A program made the translations under genes and the position numbers. The notes under the pieces are model-generated. The model saw only the letters and a list, made by a program, of their open reading frames with translations. It made no database searches and was not told where the DNA came from. A stretch of 64,000 nucleotides of DNA from positions 29,016 to 93,015 of the forward strand of contig JACRKU010000013.1 in assembly GCA_016215205.1 (NCBI GenBank). The letters are read 5' to 3'. Shown piece after piece: positions 35,888 to 44,086 of the stretch (within the stretch, counting starts at the first letter, position 1; each line of letters begins with the position of its first letter). Source of the DNA: Candidatus Yonathbacteria bacterium. GTDB taxonomy: Bacteria; Patescibacteriota; Minisyncoccia; Phycocordibacterales; UBA1550.

Positions 35888-37594
35888 ATGAAAGACCGTC
35901 GGCTTTACAATATATGGTTTTTAAACACAGGAGTGCTTTTGATAGCGCTCCTTTTAATTGCGAAGCTTGGATATATACAAATCGGCAAGGGGGAATTTTA
36001 TCGAAATCGCGCAGAGTCGCCCTATCTAGCCCTCCCTAACGGAACATTTGACAGAGGCACAATATTTTTTACAGAAAAAACAGGGCGAACTATTTCCGCC
36101 GCTACCGTAGTGCCCGACTACACGCTCGCCGTGGACCCTTCAAAGATTACAAATAAAGAAGCGCTCGCGGATAAATTGACGGCGCTCTTTTCTTTTGATC
36201 GGGCGGATTTGATTGCGCGAATGGGACGTGTGAACGACCAGTATGAAGAAGTCGCAAAGCATTTGTCCGAGAAAGAAATTGAAGGAATCAAATCACTCGC
36301 CGACAAAAGCACAATTTTACAAAAAGACAAAAAACGTTTTTATCCGGGGGGTCAGCTTGCGGCGCAAGTCCTCGGTTTCATCGGGTCAAACGGCTCTACA
36401 GTTACTGGCAGATACGGGCTTGAGCGATATTATAATGAGACATTGACTCGGTCCGGAAATAGCGAGTCATCTGGTTTCTTTGCCGATTTATTTTTGAAGC
36501 CCGGCGCGGCGATACTTTTTGACCGAGGACGCGAAGGGGATTTGGTGACGACCATTGAGCCGACCGTGCAGGGATTCCTCGAGCGAACTCTAGAGGATGA
36601 TATTCTAAAAAAATATAATGCCGCCGGCGCCGGCGGCATTATTATGAACCCAAAAACAGGCGAGATATTGGCAATGGCGACAGCGCCGGCATTCGACCCG
36701 AATAATTTTTCAAAAGAAAAAAACCAAAGTGTTTTCGCAAATTCGCTCGTGGACGGCGTATACGAAATGGGCTCCATTATAAAACCTCTCACGATAGCGG
36801 CAGGAATAGACGCGGGCGTAGTGACTGCAAACACAACTTATGATGACAAAGGATTTCGCACCATAAACACAAAGCGTATCGCGAATTACGATAGGAAAGC
36901 GCGCGGGGTAGTGCCCTTGCAGGAAGTTTTGAATCAGTCTCTCAACACCGGAACGATGTTTGTGGAAGACCGCCTCGGCAGAGATCGTTTCAGGGAATAT
37001 TTCAAAGCATACGGACTGGGAGAGGAGACGGGGATTGATTTGCCGAACGAAGGAGTTGGTAATTTGCGAAACCTTGAGAGTCCTCGCGATATTGAGTATG
37101 CAACCGCATCATTCGGGCAGGGTATTTCGATGACACCAATCGCGACCATTCGCGCGCTTGCGTCGCTTGCAAACGGCGGAGTTTTGGTAACTCCTCACGT
37201 GGTCAAGCGCACTGAATACGGTATCGGTCCTTCGCGTGATTTTGTGCCACCCTACGAACGCCGCGTTCTCAAAAAAGAAACATCGGAAGAAATTTCACGA
37301 ATGCTTACCGTGGTGGTCGACAAGGCGCTCATGGGCGGAATGCTCAAAATGGAACACTACAGTATTGCCGCAAAAACTGGTACCGCACAGCTCGTGGAAG
37401 ATGGCGCGTATTCAAAAACAGATTACCTTCACACGTTCTTCGGATACTTCCCTTCTCGTGATCCAAAATTTATTGTATTCATCGCGCTCAAAAATCCGCG
37501 CGGGGAAGCGTACGCATCACACACACTCTCCTCGCCGTTTATGCAAATCACGAAATTTTTGATAAACTACTATGAAATCCCGCCCGATCGTTAA
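35888..37594 (+). CDS. ftsI: Peptidoglycan D,D-transpeptidase FtsI-like (class B PBP)
   Basis: N-terminal TM, transpeptidase motifs SIIKPL (SXXK), SLN, KTGTAQ. Confidence 0.8.
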   Translation: MKDRRLYNIWFLNTGVLLIALLLIAKLGYIQIGKGEFYRNRAESPYLALPNGTFDRGTIFFTEKTGRTISAATVVPDYTLAVDPSKITNKEALADKLTALFSFDRADLIARMGRVNDQYEEVAKHLSEKEIEGIKSLADKSTILQKDKKRFYPGGQLAAQVLGFIGSNGSTVTGRYGLERYYNETLTRSGNSESSGFFADLFLKPGAAILFDRGREGDLVTTIEPTVQGFLERTLEDDILKKYNAAGAGGIIMNPKTGEILAMATAPAFDPNNFSKEKNQSVFANSLVDGVYEMGSIIKPLTIAAGIDAGVVTANTTYDDKGFRTINTKRIANYDRKARGVVPLQEVLNQSLNTGTMFVEDRLGRDRFREYFKAYGLGEETGIDLPNEGVGNLRNLESPRDIEYATASFGQGISMTPIATIRALASLANGGVLVTPHVVKRTEYGIGPSRDFVPPYERRVLKKETSEEISRMLTVVVDKALMGGMLKMEHYSIAAKTGTAQLVEDGAYSKTDYLHTFFGYFPSRDPKFIVFIALKNPRGEAYASHTLSSPFMQITKFLINYYEIPPDR

Positions 37595-38894
37595 TTTAAC
37601 CATGAAAGCACTTATACGGCATATTATTACGGTTATTCTTGAAGCAGAGGCGCGCCTCGTGCTTCGCAAGTATAGACCCAAAATTATCGCTGTGACGGGA
37701 AGCGTTGGAAAAACTTCAACAAAAGACGCGATTTTTGCGGTAGTGGGGGAGGCGTTGGTGGCGCGCAAAAGCATGAAGAGCTTTAACAGCGAGATTGGTC
37801 TCCCGCTTACTATTTTAGATTGCGAAAACGCGTGGTTGAATCCGCTCCTCTGGTTAAAAAATATTTTAAAAGGCCTCATGCTCATTGTTACGCGCGTTCA
37901 CTATCCGAAGTGGCTTGTGCTTGAAATCGGCGCGGGTAAACCGGATGATATCACGCGCGCAACGAAGCTCGCCGTGCCGGATATTGCCGTCATCACGCGT
38001 TTTGGCGATGTGCCGGTGCATGTGGAATTTTTCAAATCCCCCGCGGAACTTTTTGAAGAAAAAACGATATTGGTAAAGTCCCTCCGCCCCACAGGCGTCC
38101 TCATTGTGAATGCCGACGATGAGCGTGTGCTTGCACTTCGCGAAAAAACAAAAGCCAAGTCGATTACTTACGGATTGAATGCTGGCGCTATGTTTCGCGC
38201 ATCAAACATACAAACCGCTTACGAAGGAGACGCGCCAGTCGGCACGACATTCAAACTCGAATATGACGGTAATGTATTTCCAGTTGATATGCGCGGTGTT
38301 TTGGGTGTTCAGCCGGTGTACAGCGCGCTTGCCGCAATAGCGACCGGCGTATATTTGAAACTCAATGTGGTGGATATTATCGGGCGACTTTCTTCGTACA
38401 CGAGCCCGCCTGGGCGAATGAGAGTAACTCCCGGACTAAAAGGTTCAACAATTATCGATGACACCTATAATGCGTCTCCGGTAGCATCTGAAGCCGCGGT
38501 AGAGACACTTAAGAATATAAACACAAAAGGTAAACGCATTGCGGTACTCGGCGATATGCTTGAGCTCGGAAAGTTTACTGTCGAAGAACACAAAAAAATC
38601 GGCAAGCTTGTCGGAAATTTTGCGGATTTCTTGGTAGCTGTTGGACCGCGCGCAAAGTACATTGTGGATGGCGCGCTCGATTCCGATATGAGCGAAAAAA
38701 ATATCATTGAATTTGATGATTCGCGTTTGGCGGGAAAGTACCTCGAAAGTATCATCGGCGCCGGGGATGTCGTTCTCATAAAAGGTTCACAGGGCGTGCG
38801 TATGGAGCGCGCCGTAGAAGAAATAATGGCAGAGCCCGAACGCGCCGCAGAGCTACTTGTTCGACAGGAAGAAGAGTGGAAGGCAAAAATCTAG
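37572..38894 (+). CDS. murF: Mur ligase, MurF-like (UDP-MurNAc-tripeptide–D-Ala-D-Ala ligase) with short N-terminal domain
   Basis: P-loop IIAVTGSVGKTSTKD, NSEIGLPLTIL (MurF-like NNEIGVPLT), C-terminal Mur ligase domain; only ~45 aa before P-loop. Confidence 0.6.
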   Translation: MKSRPIVNLTMKALIRHIITVILEAEARLVLRKYRPKIIAVTGSVGKTSTKDAIFAVVGEALVARKSMKSFNSEIGLPLTILDCENAWLNPLLWLKNILKGLMLIVTRVHYPKWLVLEIGAGKPDDITRATKLAVPDIAVITRFGDVPVHVEFFKSPAELFEEKTILVKSLRPTGVLIVNADDERVLALREKTKAKSITYGLNAGAMFRASNIQTAYEGDAPVGTTFKLEYDGNVFPVDMRGVLGVQPVYSALAAIATGVYLKLNVVDIIGRLSSYTSPPGRMRVTPGLKGSTIIDDTYNASPVASEAAVETLKNINTKGKRIAVLGDMLELGKFTVEEHKKIGKLVGNFADFLVAVGPRAKYIVDGALDSDMSEKNIIEFDDSRLAGKYLESIIGAGDVVLIKGSQGVRMERAVEEIMAEPERAAELLVRQEEEWKAKI

Positions 38895-38947
38895 TGAGTC
38901 TAGATTTCTGTAGAAAATAGTGTTATAGTAATGGACGTTTGAAACGA

Positions 38948-39019
38948 GGCCCTATCGTCTATCGGTTAGGACATATCCTTCTCAAGGATAGAAGCGCGGT
39001 TCGATTCCGCGTAGGGTCA
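38948..39019 (+). tRNA. tRNA-Glu (anticodon CUC)
   Basis: Manual fold: acceptor GGCCCTA/TAGGGTC (one G.U), D-arm TCGTCTATCGGTTAGGACA (Glu-like), anticodon stem TATCC/GGATA loop TTCTCAA (U33, CUC, A37), T-arm CGCGG-TTCGATT-CCGCG, discriminator A. Confidence 0.85.
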
Positions 39020-39029
39020 CAAAGCGTTA

Positions 39030-39057
39030 AGAAAAAGTGAATTGCTTCACTTTTTTA
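39030..39057 (+). terminator. Terminator hairpin after tRNA-Glu
   Basis: aaaagtgaa-ttgc-ttcactttt followed by TTTAG. Confidence 0.5.
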
Positions 39058-39061
39058 GCTT

Positions 39062-39125
39062 TGTGAAGGCGCAGTGATGTTTTCTCTGCTCCCCGCAGAG
39101 AAAACCACGAGCCGGGGTCGCGAGC
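39062..39125 (+). repeat. Structured repeat element copy 1 (~64 nt)
   Basis: tgtgaaggcgcagtgatg + hairpin ttttctctgc-tcccc-gcagagaaaa + ccacgagccggggtcgcgagc; copy 2 at 39349 has same flanks with a different but self-complementary hairpin (compensatory). Confidence 0.5.
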
Positions 39126-39231
39126 ACTTAATAGATTGCGAGCAAAGCGAAGCAATATATTTAGTGACTTGTGACCACGCAGATTTTGCCGAACCTTGTT
39201 CGTCTGTAAAGTGTGGTAAAATACTTAGTAA

Positions 39232-39259
39232 CCCGTGAACGATTCCCCGTAGGGTCACA
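39232..39259 (+). repeat. Degenerate direct repeat of tRNA-Glu 3' end (T-loop to acceptor, att-like)
   Basis: cccgtgaacgattccccgtagggtcaca vs tRNA gcgcggttcgattccgcgtagggtcaca (22/28 identical), 240 bp downstream of the tRNA. Confidence 0.45.
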
Positions 39260-39348
39260 TTTAGAAACTTCAGCAGGTGTGAACGAAAAAATGACGCGCG
39301 CCGCAGGCGGAGCCCGATTTTGAGCTCACTTCCGACCAAGTTTCTGAA

Positions 39349-39413
39349 TGTGAAGGCGGAGCGATGTTTTTGTTTCCATCTGAAACAAAAACCGCGAACA
39401 GGATTGACCGAGC
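39349..39413 (+). repeat. Structured repeat element copy 2 (~65 nt)
   Basis: tgtgaaggcggagcgatg + hairpin tttttgtttc-catct-gaaacaaaaa + ccgcgaacaggattgaccgagc. Confidence 0.5.
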
Positions 39414-39529
39414 TTCGCTCGTCGATGTACCCAAAACGGCAATGGTAAAGCTCTGTAAAAACAAGTTTATTTGTGGTATGGTGGGAATTGGATAGTCATT
39501 TCAAATGTTTGTAAGGAAAGGAGGATAAT

Positions 39530-39895
39530 GTGAATTATGAAAAGTCGGAAAAAGTGACGAGGTGGTTCGTGGAGCCGCGTAATGCGGCTACCAATGAAAA
39601 TGCGATGATGGCTCTCGTAGGGTTGTGCAATGCGACCGAAGACAAGATTTATCGCGGTAAAGCGGACAACAAAGGTATGATGCATGATGTGGTAGAGGTT
39701 GATCGTCCTTTTGTCGCGCTCATGGAACGCAATATTGCAAACCATAAACATCTCTTTCGCGTGTTCACGCAGACAGAGGGCGAGAGCGCGATGAAACTGT
39801 GGCCTTTCAGCAACAGAAAGAAACTCCACCGCACGAAAGAAGTACGACGCGTCACGCAAGTTCTCGAAAGGCGTCCTACGCGTCCCAAAAAATGA
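39530..39895 (+). CDS. Hypothetical protein (121 aa), GTG start
   Basis: AGGAGG RBS 5 nt before GTG 39530; no recognised domain; basic C-terminal tail (RKKLHRTKEVRRVTQVLERRPTRPKK); terminator downstream. Confidence 0.5.
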   Translation: MNYEKSEKVTRWFVEPRNAATNENAMMALVGLCNATEDKIYRGKADNKGMMHDVVEVDRPFVALMERNIANHKHLFRVFTQTEGESAMKLWPFSNRKKLHRTKEVRRVTQVLERRPTRPKK

Positions 39896-39911
39896 AAACA
39901 CAAAAAACTCA

Positions 39912-39943
39912 AAACGCCCATGCTTCGCATTGGCGTTTTTTTT
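39912..39943 (+). terminator. Rho-independent terminator
   Basis: aaacgcc...ggcgttt stem with inner atgc-ttc-gcat, followed by TTTTTTTTG. Confidence 0.55.
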
Positions 39944-39973
39944 GCGCCCGTGCCTCAAGTGATGTAAAATGTA

Positions 39974-40686
39974 ATGAATATGACGATACTCAAAAAAGAT
40001 ACATTGCGCAAAGTGGCGATATTCGATATAGACGGCACTATTTTCCGTTCGAGTTTGCTTATTGAGCTTGTTGAGGTTTTGATTGAGCTTGGGCTTTTCC
40101 ACACCAAAGTGCGCGCAGAATACGAGCGTGAAAAAGTGCGATGGCTCGACCGCAAAGGTGACTACGAGGCATACATCATGGCGGTCGTCGGAGTTTTTTG
40201 AAAAATATAAAAGGAATGCCGTACAGTGAGTTTTTGCGCGCATCCGAGCTAGTGGTTGCGCGCTATCGTCATCGCACATACATATTCACAGAGGATCTCA
40301 TCAGGAACTTAAAAAAGGAGGGATATTTCCTTCTCGCCATTTCGCAGTCGCCAAAGGGAACCCTCGATTTGTTTTGCAAAGAAATCGGTTTTGATAAAAC
40401 ATACGGCCGGCTTTATGAGACCGGTCCGACAGAATGTTTTACGGGGAATATTATGGATGAGCATTTGATTGCGAACAAAGCGGCTATCGTGCGCCGAGCT
40501 ATTGAAAAAGATGGGCTCACTCTTGATGGTTCGGTTGGCGTGGGGGACACCGAGGGTGATATTTCATTTCTTGAACTTGTTGACCGGCCGATTTGTTTCA
40601 ATCCAAATTTGAAACTTTACCGCCATGCAAAGAGAATGAATTGGGAAACGGTGGTCGAGAGGAAGGACGTGATTTATGAACTGTAA
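39974..40686 (+). pseudogene. HAD-superfamily hydrolase (HAD-IB/PSPase-like) split by a frameshift at a T-homopolymer
   Basis: ORF 39974-40201 carries motif I (VAIFDIDGTIF); ORF 40198-40686 in another frame carries motif IV (GVGDTEGDISFL); junction at ggagttttttgaaaaa (T6/A5 run) - authentic frameshift or sequencing error. Confidence 0.6.
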
Positions 40687-40689
40687 AAA

Positions 40690-41604
40690 TTATTTCAATA
40701 GAGATGAAATAGGAACTTCAAGTGCGGCAAACGCCGAGTTTTTTGATACTCTGCCATCTTTGCGAATAAGGAAATAGGGGAGGCCGCGCTTTTCCAATCG
40801 CGCAATCGCTTCAGTTTCTGAAAGCAAAATTGCAAGAGAAGCCTCTGTGTCCGCTTCTTCGCATGTGTTTGCAATGACTGTCGCGCTCGCAAACCCCGTA
40901 GACGGTTTGCCTGTTCGCATATCAACGAGATGGTGCCACTCTCGACCCTTGTTTGCGCCTTTTGTTTGGTAAGTGCCTGATGTCGCCATCCCGCCGTTTT
41001 GGATTGTTACTGCCGCTACTATGGCGTCTGGATTACGCGGATCTTCTATTGCGATGTTCCACGGCGCGTCGTTTTCGTACATGCCACGGGTGATTATATC
41101 CCCTCCCGCATTTATCAAAAATCCGGGAACTTTGATGAGCGACTTCCCCGCCTCGTCTATTGCCATCCCTTTTACAATACTTGCTGGTTCAAGGACTTGC
41201 GCGGGAGCGAGGCGGACGGAAAGCTCGCGGTCGTTAAACTCAATGTTACGGTATGTTAGGGGAGGTGATGGCGGTGTAAAATTACTAGGAAGGCCGTAAT
41301 CATACGATGCGAGTACGCCGCCGACTGACGGGTCAAATGCGCCGCGGGTTTCTTCCGCGAGCGCGACACACTTTTTTAATACTTGAAACATAGGAAGGCT
41401 TGCCGTGAACCATTGACCGCCCGCAGTGTTTAATTTGTGAAGCTCGCTTGTTTCATTGAAACGACTGAAACGTTTATCATACTCATGAAAAATATTTTCC
41501 GCTTCGGAAACATATTTTCTTGCTTCTGATTTTTTTATTCCGACAAGCGTAATATGCACCGGAATACCCATTGAGTGAAATACATGATGAATTGTTTCAG
41601 TCAT
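40690..41604 (-). CDS. apbE: FAD:protein FMN transferase (ApbE family flavin transferase)
   Basis: ApbE motifs: GAFDPSVGG, IVKGMAIDEAG, LINAGGDI, GMATSGTYQT; start chosen at M33 (41604), 2 nt after upstream stop. Confidence 0.8.
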   Translation of the reverse strand: MTETIHHVFHSMGIPVHITLVGIKKSEARKYVSEAENIFHEYDKRFSRFNETSELHKLNTAGGQWFTASLPMFQVLKKCVALAEETRGAFDPSVGGVLASYDYGLPSNFTPPSPPLTYRNIEFNDRELSVRLAPAQVLEPASIVKGMAIDEAGKSLIKVPGFLINAGGDIITRGMYENDAPWNIAIEDPRNPDAIVAAVTIQNGGMATSGTYQTKGANKGREWHHLVDMRTGKPSTGFASATVIANTCEEADTEASLAILLSETEAIARLEKRGLPYFLIRKDGRVSKNSAFAALEVPISSLLK

Positions 41605-41605
41605 A

Positions 41606-42193
41606 CTAATCGTCCCATTCGTCGTCGTCACCACGATATTTGCGCGGCACAGAAGGTTTGCTTGCGGGGAATCTAGTCGCAGAAGAGTTTGTGACAGCAT
41701 CGGTAGAAGAAATAATACTTTGCCCCCTTGCGCTTGCCTTCACAATAGCGTCTTCAAGCGATGACTTGAACGCAATACTTGTGTATGTTGCTCCCGATAC
41801 GCCCTGAATGTTTGCCGAGCCATTTTTCAGCGCTTGTTGTACGAGGTACGGTTCTGCGTACTGCGAGGGAGGAGAGTTTGGAACCTGTGGCATCGTAACA
41901 TCCGTAATTTTGCCATTGATTACGCTGATTGACGCCACCACATTTCCCCACGGTGTTTGGTATGTTCTGCCGGTGAATGTGCTGGCGACCATCGTCCCCT
42001 GTGTGGTTGTCGGTGTGACGGAAATAATTGGCTTTTTTGCGGTTGTGGGTTCTTGCCCCGGAGCTGGAGTTACGGACAAAGTTTCGCTCTTTGATCGAGT
42101 TGCTCCGATGATAACGAGAACAACAGATGTCGCCGTGAAAGAAAAGACCAGAAATCTCTGTAAGTTTTTTTGGAATGGAGACATAATCATCAA
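41606..42193 (-). CDS. FMN-binding domain protein (flavinylation substrate), membrane-anchored, extracytoplasmic
   Basis: N-terminal TM/signal anchor, Thr/Pro-rich linker, FMN_bind motif GVSGATYTSIAF (S/TGAT flavinylation site as in NqrC/RnfG); acidic C-terminal tail. Confidence 0.7.
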   Translation of the reverse strand: MMIMSPFQKNLQRFLVFSFTATSVVLVIIGATRSKSETLSVTPAPGQEPTTAKKPIISVTPTTTQGTMVASTFTGRTYQTPWGNVVASISVINGKITDVTMPQVPNSPPSQYAEPYLVQQALKNGSANIQGVSGATYTSIAFKSSLEDAIVKASARGQSIISSTDAVTNSSATRFPASKPSVPRKYRGDDDEWDD

Positions 42194-42664
42194 TTATACA
42201 ACTTCAAAAAGCTCGCGCACTTTCGAGCGGACGAAAAACCACCATCCGAGCAGGAGCACCACTTCACCAACATAGAGCAGAAGAAGCGCAAGCGCAAAAT
42301 TTTGAACCTCGTGCTTTATCGACTCCTCTAATTTCACAAGAACGTAATTATTGCTTCCGTTTGCGTACGCGAGATACTTTTTTTCCGCAATTTTTGTCTC
42401 ATAAAAACCGACACGCTCCACTTTAGTCACATGAAAAGAAAGAATATCGTCAGGCAGAGCAATTGTTTGCTCTGTTTTGGGAGTTGTTTGCGCGGGTAAC
42501 TTTTCCGAAAGTGTCGCAAGCTCGTTTTTGAGCTCATTTGTTTCAAACCACTTGAGTGCGCCCAGAGTTATCGCATTTAAAGCGAAGAGAGCCACTAACA
42601 CCAAGATGCCGTAGTTTCGCACCGCCCCAAGTCCTCTATATAATGCTAATTCTGTTGATTCCAT
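42194..42664 (-). CDS. Hypothetical membrane protein (156 aa), translationally coupled to FMN-binding gene
   Basis: TM helices at both ends (ILVLVALFALNAITLGAL; FALALLLLYVGEVVLLLGWWFFV); stop abuts downstream start. Confidence 0.5.
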   Translation of the reverse strand: MESTELALYRGLGAVRNYGILVLVALFALNAITLGALKWFETNELKNELATLSEKLPAQTTPKTEQTIALPDDILSFHVTKVERVGFYETKIAEKKYLAYANGSNNYVLVKLEESIKHEVQNFALALLLLYVGEVVLLLGWWFFVRSKVRELFEVV

Positions 42665-42850
42665 ACTTTTTTATTATACCCCTGCATTTAAAGAAAACCA
42701 AGCTATTTTTTCTGCGCTCTTTGTCAGCGCACTCAACCTTAGAGCGAGCCGCTTCCTTTTTCAGTGCCTTGCGCAGCGCGGCGGCGCGAGCAGAGCAAAT
42801 TTTTAGCAAAAAATTATGCGTGCAATGAAAAAGTAAGCGGCGAGCGGCCT

Positions 42851-43639
42851 TTATCCGAATTTTTGCACGAATATCTGATTTTTTGGAACACCAATACCCT
42901 TGAGCGCGCCAAGGACGCCAAAGGTCATTGCTGGGATGCCGCAAATATACACATCGCTTTTACCTAAAAATTCTTCTTTGCCATTGACTTGGTCTGTCAC
43001 ATATCCTCGCGCGCCGCTCCACGATGCGTCAGCATCGGATACGCATGGTACAAAAGTGAAGCTTGGGTGCTTGCGGGAGAGTTCCTCAAACTCCTTCTTG
43101 AATGCGATATCCGACTCTTTTGGCGAGCCGAGAAGAAGAACAGAGTTTACATTTTCCTTGATTGCCTCCTCTATCATACGACGGAACGGCGCAACACCCG
43201 TGGATGTTGCAAAGAATACTTTTGCGCGGCCTGTGCCATAGTGATAAGGAAAATCATCAAATGGGCCATAGCAAGTGACCTTGTCGCCGACGACTGCGTC
43301 GCGGAAAAAACGCGCGCCTGCGCCGCCTCCAGAAAAACTCACAAGAATAGTGAATGTTCGCGTATCTGCGGTGGCAACTGAATATGCGCGGGGGATACAC
43401 CCCCATGCAATTGTTTGTATGTAGCAACCAATATGGAATGGTTCGGCGATTTGGGAGGGGAGCGCAATGGTGACTTTTTGAATGCGCGTGCCAATACGCT
43501 CGGATGCTACGATGGTCCCTTCAAAATGTGTGGCCTCCGTGAACCAGTATTTAATTATTTTAAAAAAAGACATAGAAAACAGAAGAAAACAGGGCGAGGA
43601 TGAAATGAATACCAAGAATCCCCAGACAGAGCCACCCAA
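42851..43639 (-). CDS. Membrane-anchored FNR-family FAD/NAD(P)H-binding oxidoreductase
   Basis: N-terminal TM; FAD-binding RAYSVAT (RxYS), GGGAGARFF; NAD(P)-binding ATSTGVAPF; C-terminal ...CGIPAMT... FNR-like; alternative start M22 at 43576. Confidence 0.7.
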   Translation of the reverse strand: MGGSVWGFLVFISSSPCFLLFSMSFFKIIKYWFTEATHFEGTIVASERIGTRIQKVTIALPSQIAEPFHIGCYIQTIAWGCIPRAYSVATADTRTFTILVSFSGGGAGARFFRDAVVGDKVTCYGPFDDFPYHYGTGRAKVFFATSTGVAPFRRMIEEAIKENVNSVLLLGSPKESDIAFKKEFEELSRKHPSFTFVPCVSDADASWSGARGYVTDQVNGKEEFLGKSDVYICGIPAMTFGVLGALKGIGVPKNQIFVQKFG

Positions 43640-43802
43640 ACCAATGATGGAGCGGGGTAAGCGGAATCTGAAGTTTCATGAAAATATTGTAATTGTATTG
43701 CTTCACGAGCGCGGAGATGATAAGGAGCAGAAAAAAGAACCCGCCAACCATTCCCGTCCACCACACAAGTCCATGCCCTGCAAAAATAGTCATTGATGTC
43801 AT
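43555..43802 (-). CDS. His-containing 2-3 TM membrane segment (80 aa), possibly the heme-binding ferric-reductase-like N-terminal part of the downstream oxidoreductase
   Basis: H53 and H67 spaced H-x13-H within one TM helix (LHHWFGWLCLGILGIHFIL), reminiscent of bis-heme FRD/NOX helices; overlaps the FNR-like ORF by 85 nt (22 nt with the alternative start M22) in another frame, with an A/T7 homopolymer in the overlap. Confidence 0.4.
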
Positions 43803-43907
43803 ATATTTTTCATTTTAGCATCTACTGACTTTGTATGGAATAGCCCTGTTGCTTTTTTCATGTAATTGTGGTACGGTAAAAATGGAAATCACATACGGAG
43901 GTACTCT

Positions 43908-44015
43908 ATGTTTAAGAAACTCTGGAAGACTCTTGTGGCGGTACTCCGAGCGATTGTGTCACCGGGGGAATTCCCGGAATTGATCGGACAAGACAAACAG
44001 GAACGTAAGCGCTAA
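43908..44015 (+). CDS. Small ORF (35 aa) with strong RBS and terminator
   Basis: GGAGG 8 nt upstream of ATG; MFKKLWKTLVAVLRAIVSPGEFPELIGQDKQERKR; terminator at 44027. Confidence 0.3.
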   Translation: MFKKLWKTLVAVLRAIVSPGEFPELIGQDKQERKR

Positions 44016-44026
44016 AAACAGTCTAA

Positions 44027-44066
44027 GCAAAAAGAAAAATGCCCAGCCACTCTAGAGTGGTTGGGC
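44027..44066. terminator. Bidirectional rho-independent terminator
   Basis: aatgcccagccactc-taga-gtggttgggcatt then TTGTTTT; between convergent small ORF (+) and 98-aa gene (-). Confidence 0.7.
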
Positions 44067-44086
44067 ATTTGTTTTGAGTGTGGCAA

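Noticed and set aside
39055-39464. Minus-strand ORFs (94 and 64 aa) across the tRNA-Glu repeat region
   Set aside because: They run through the repeated structured elements and the att-like repeat. They have no RBS and no coding periodicity, so they are more likely non-coding.
38895-39530. Looked for RNase P RNA, tmRNA, SRP RNA or 6S RNA in the large non-coding gap
   Set aside because: None of the universally conserved motifs (e.g. GGAAAGUCCGG / AGGGUGAAA for RNase P, tmRNA tag-reading frame with tRNA-like end) could be found by eye. The region is better explained by repeats.
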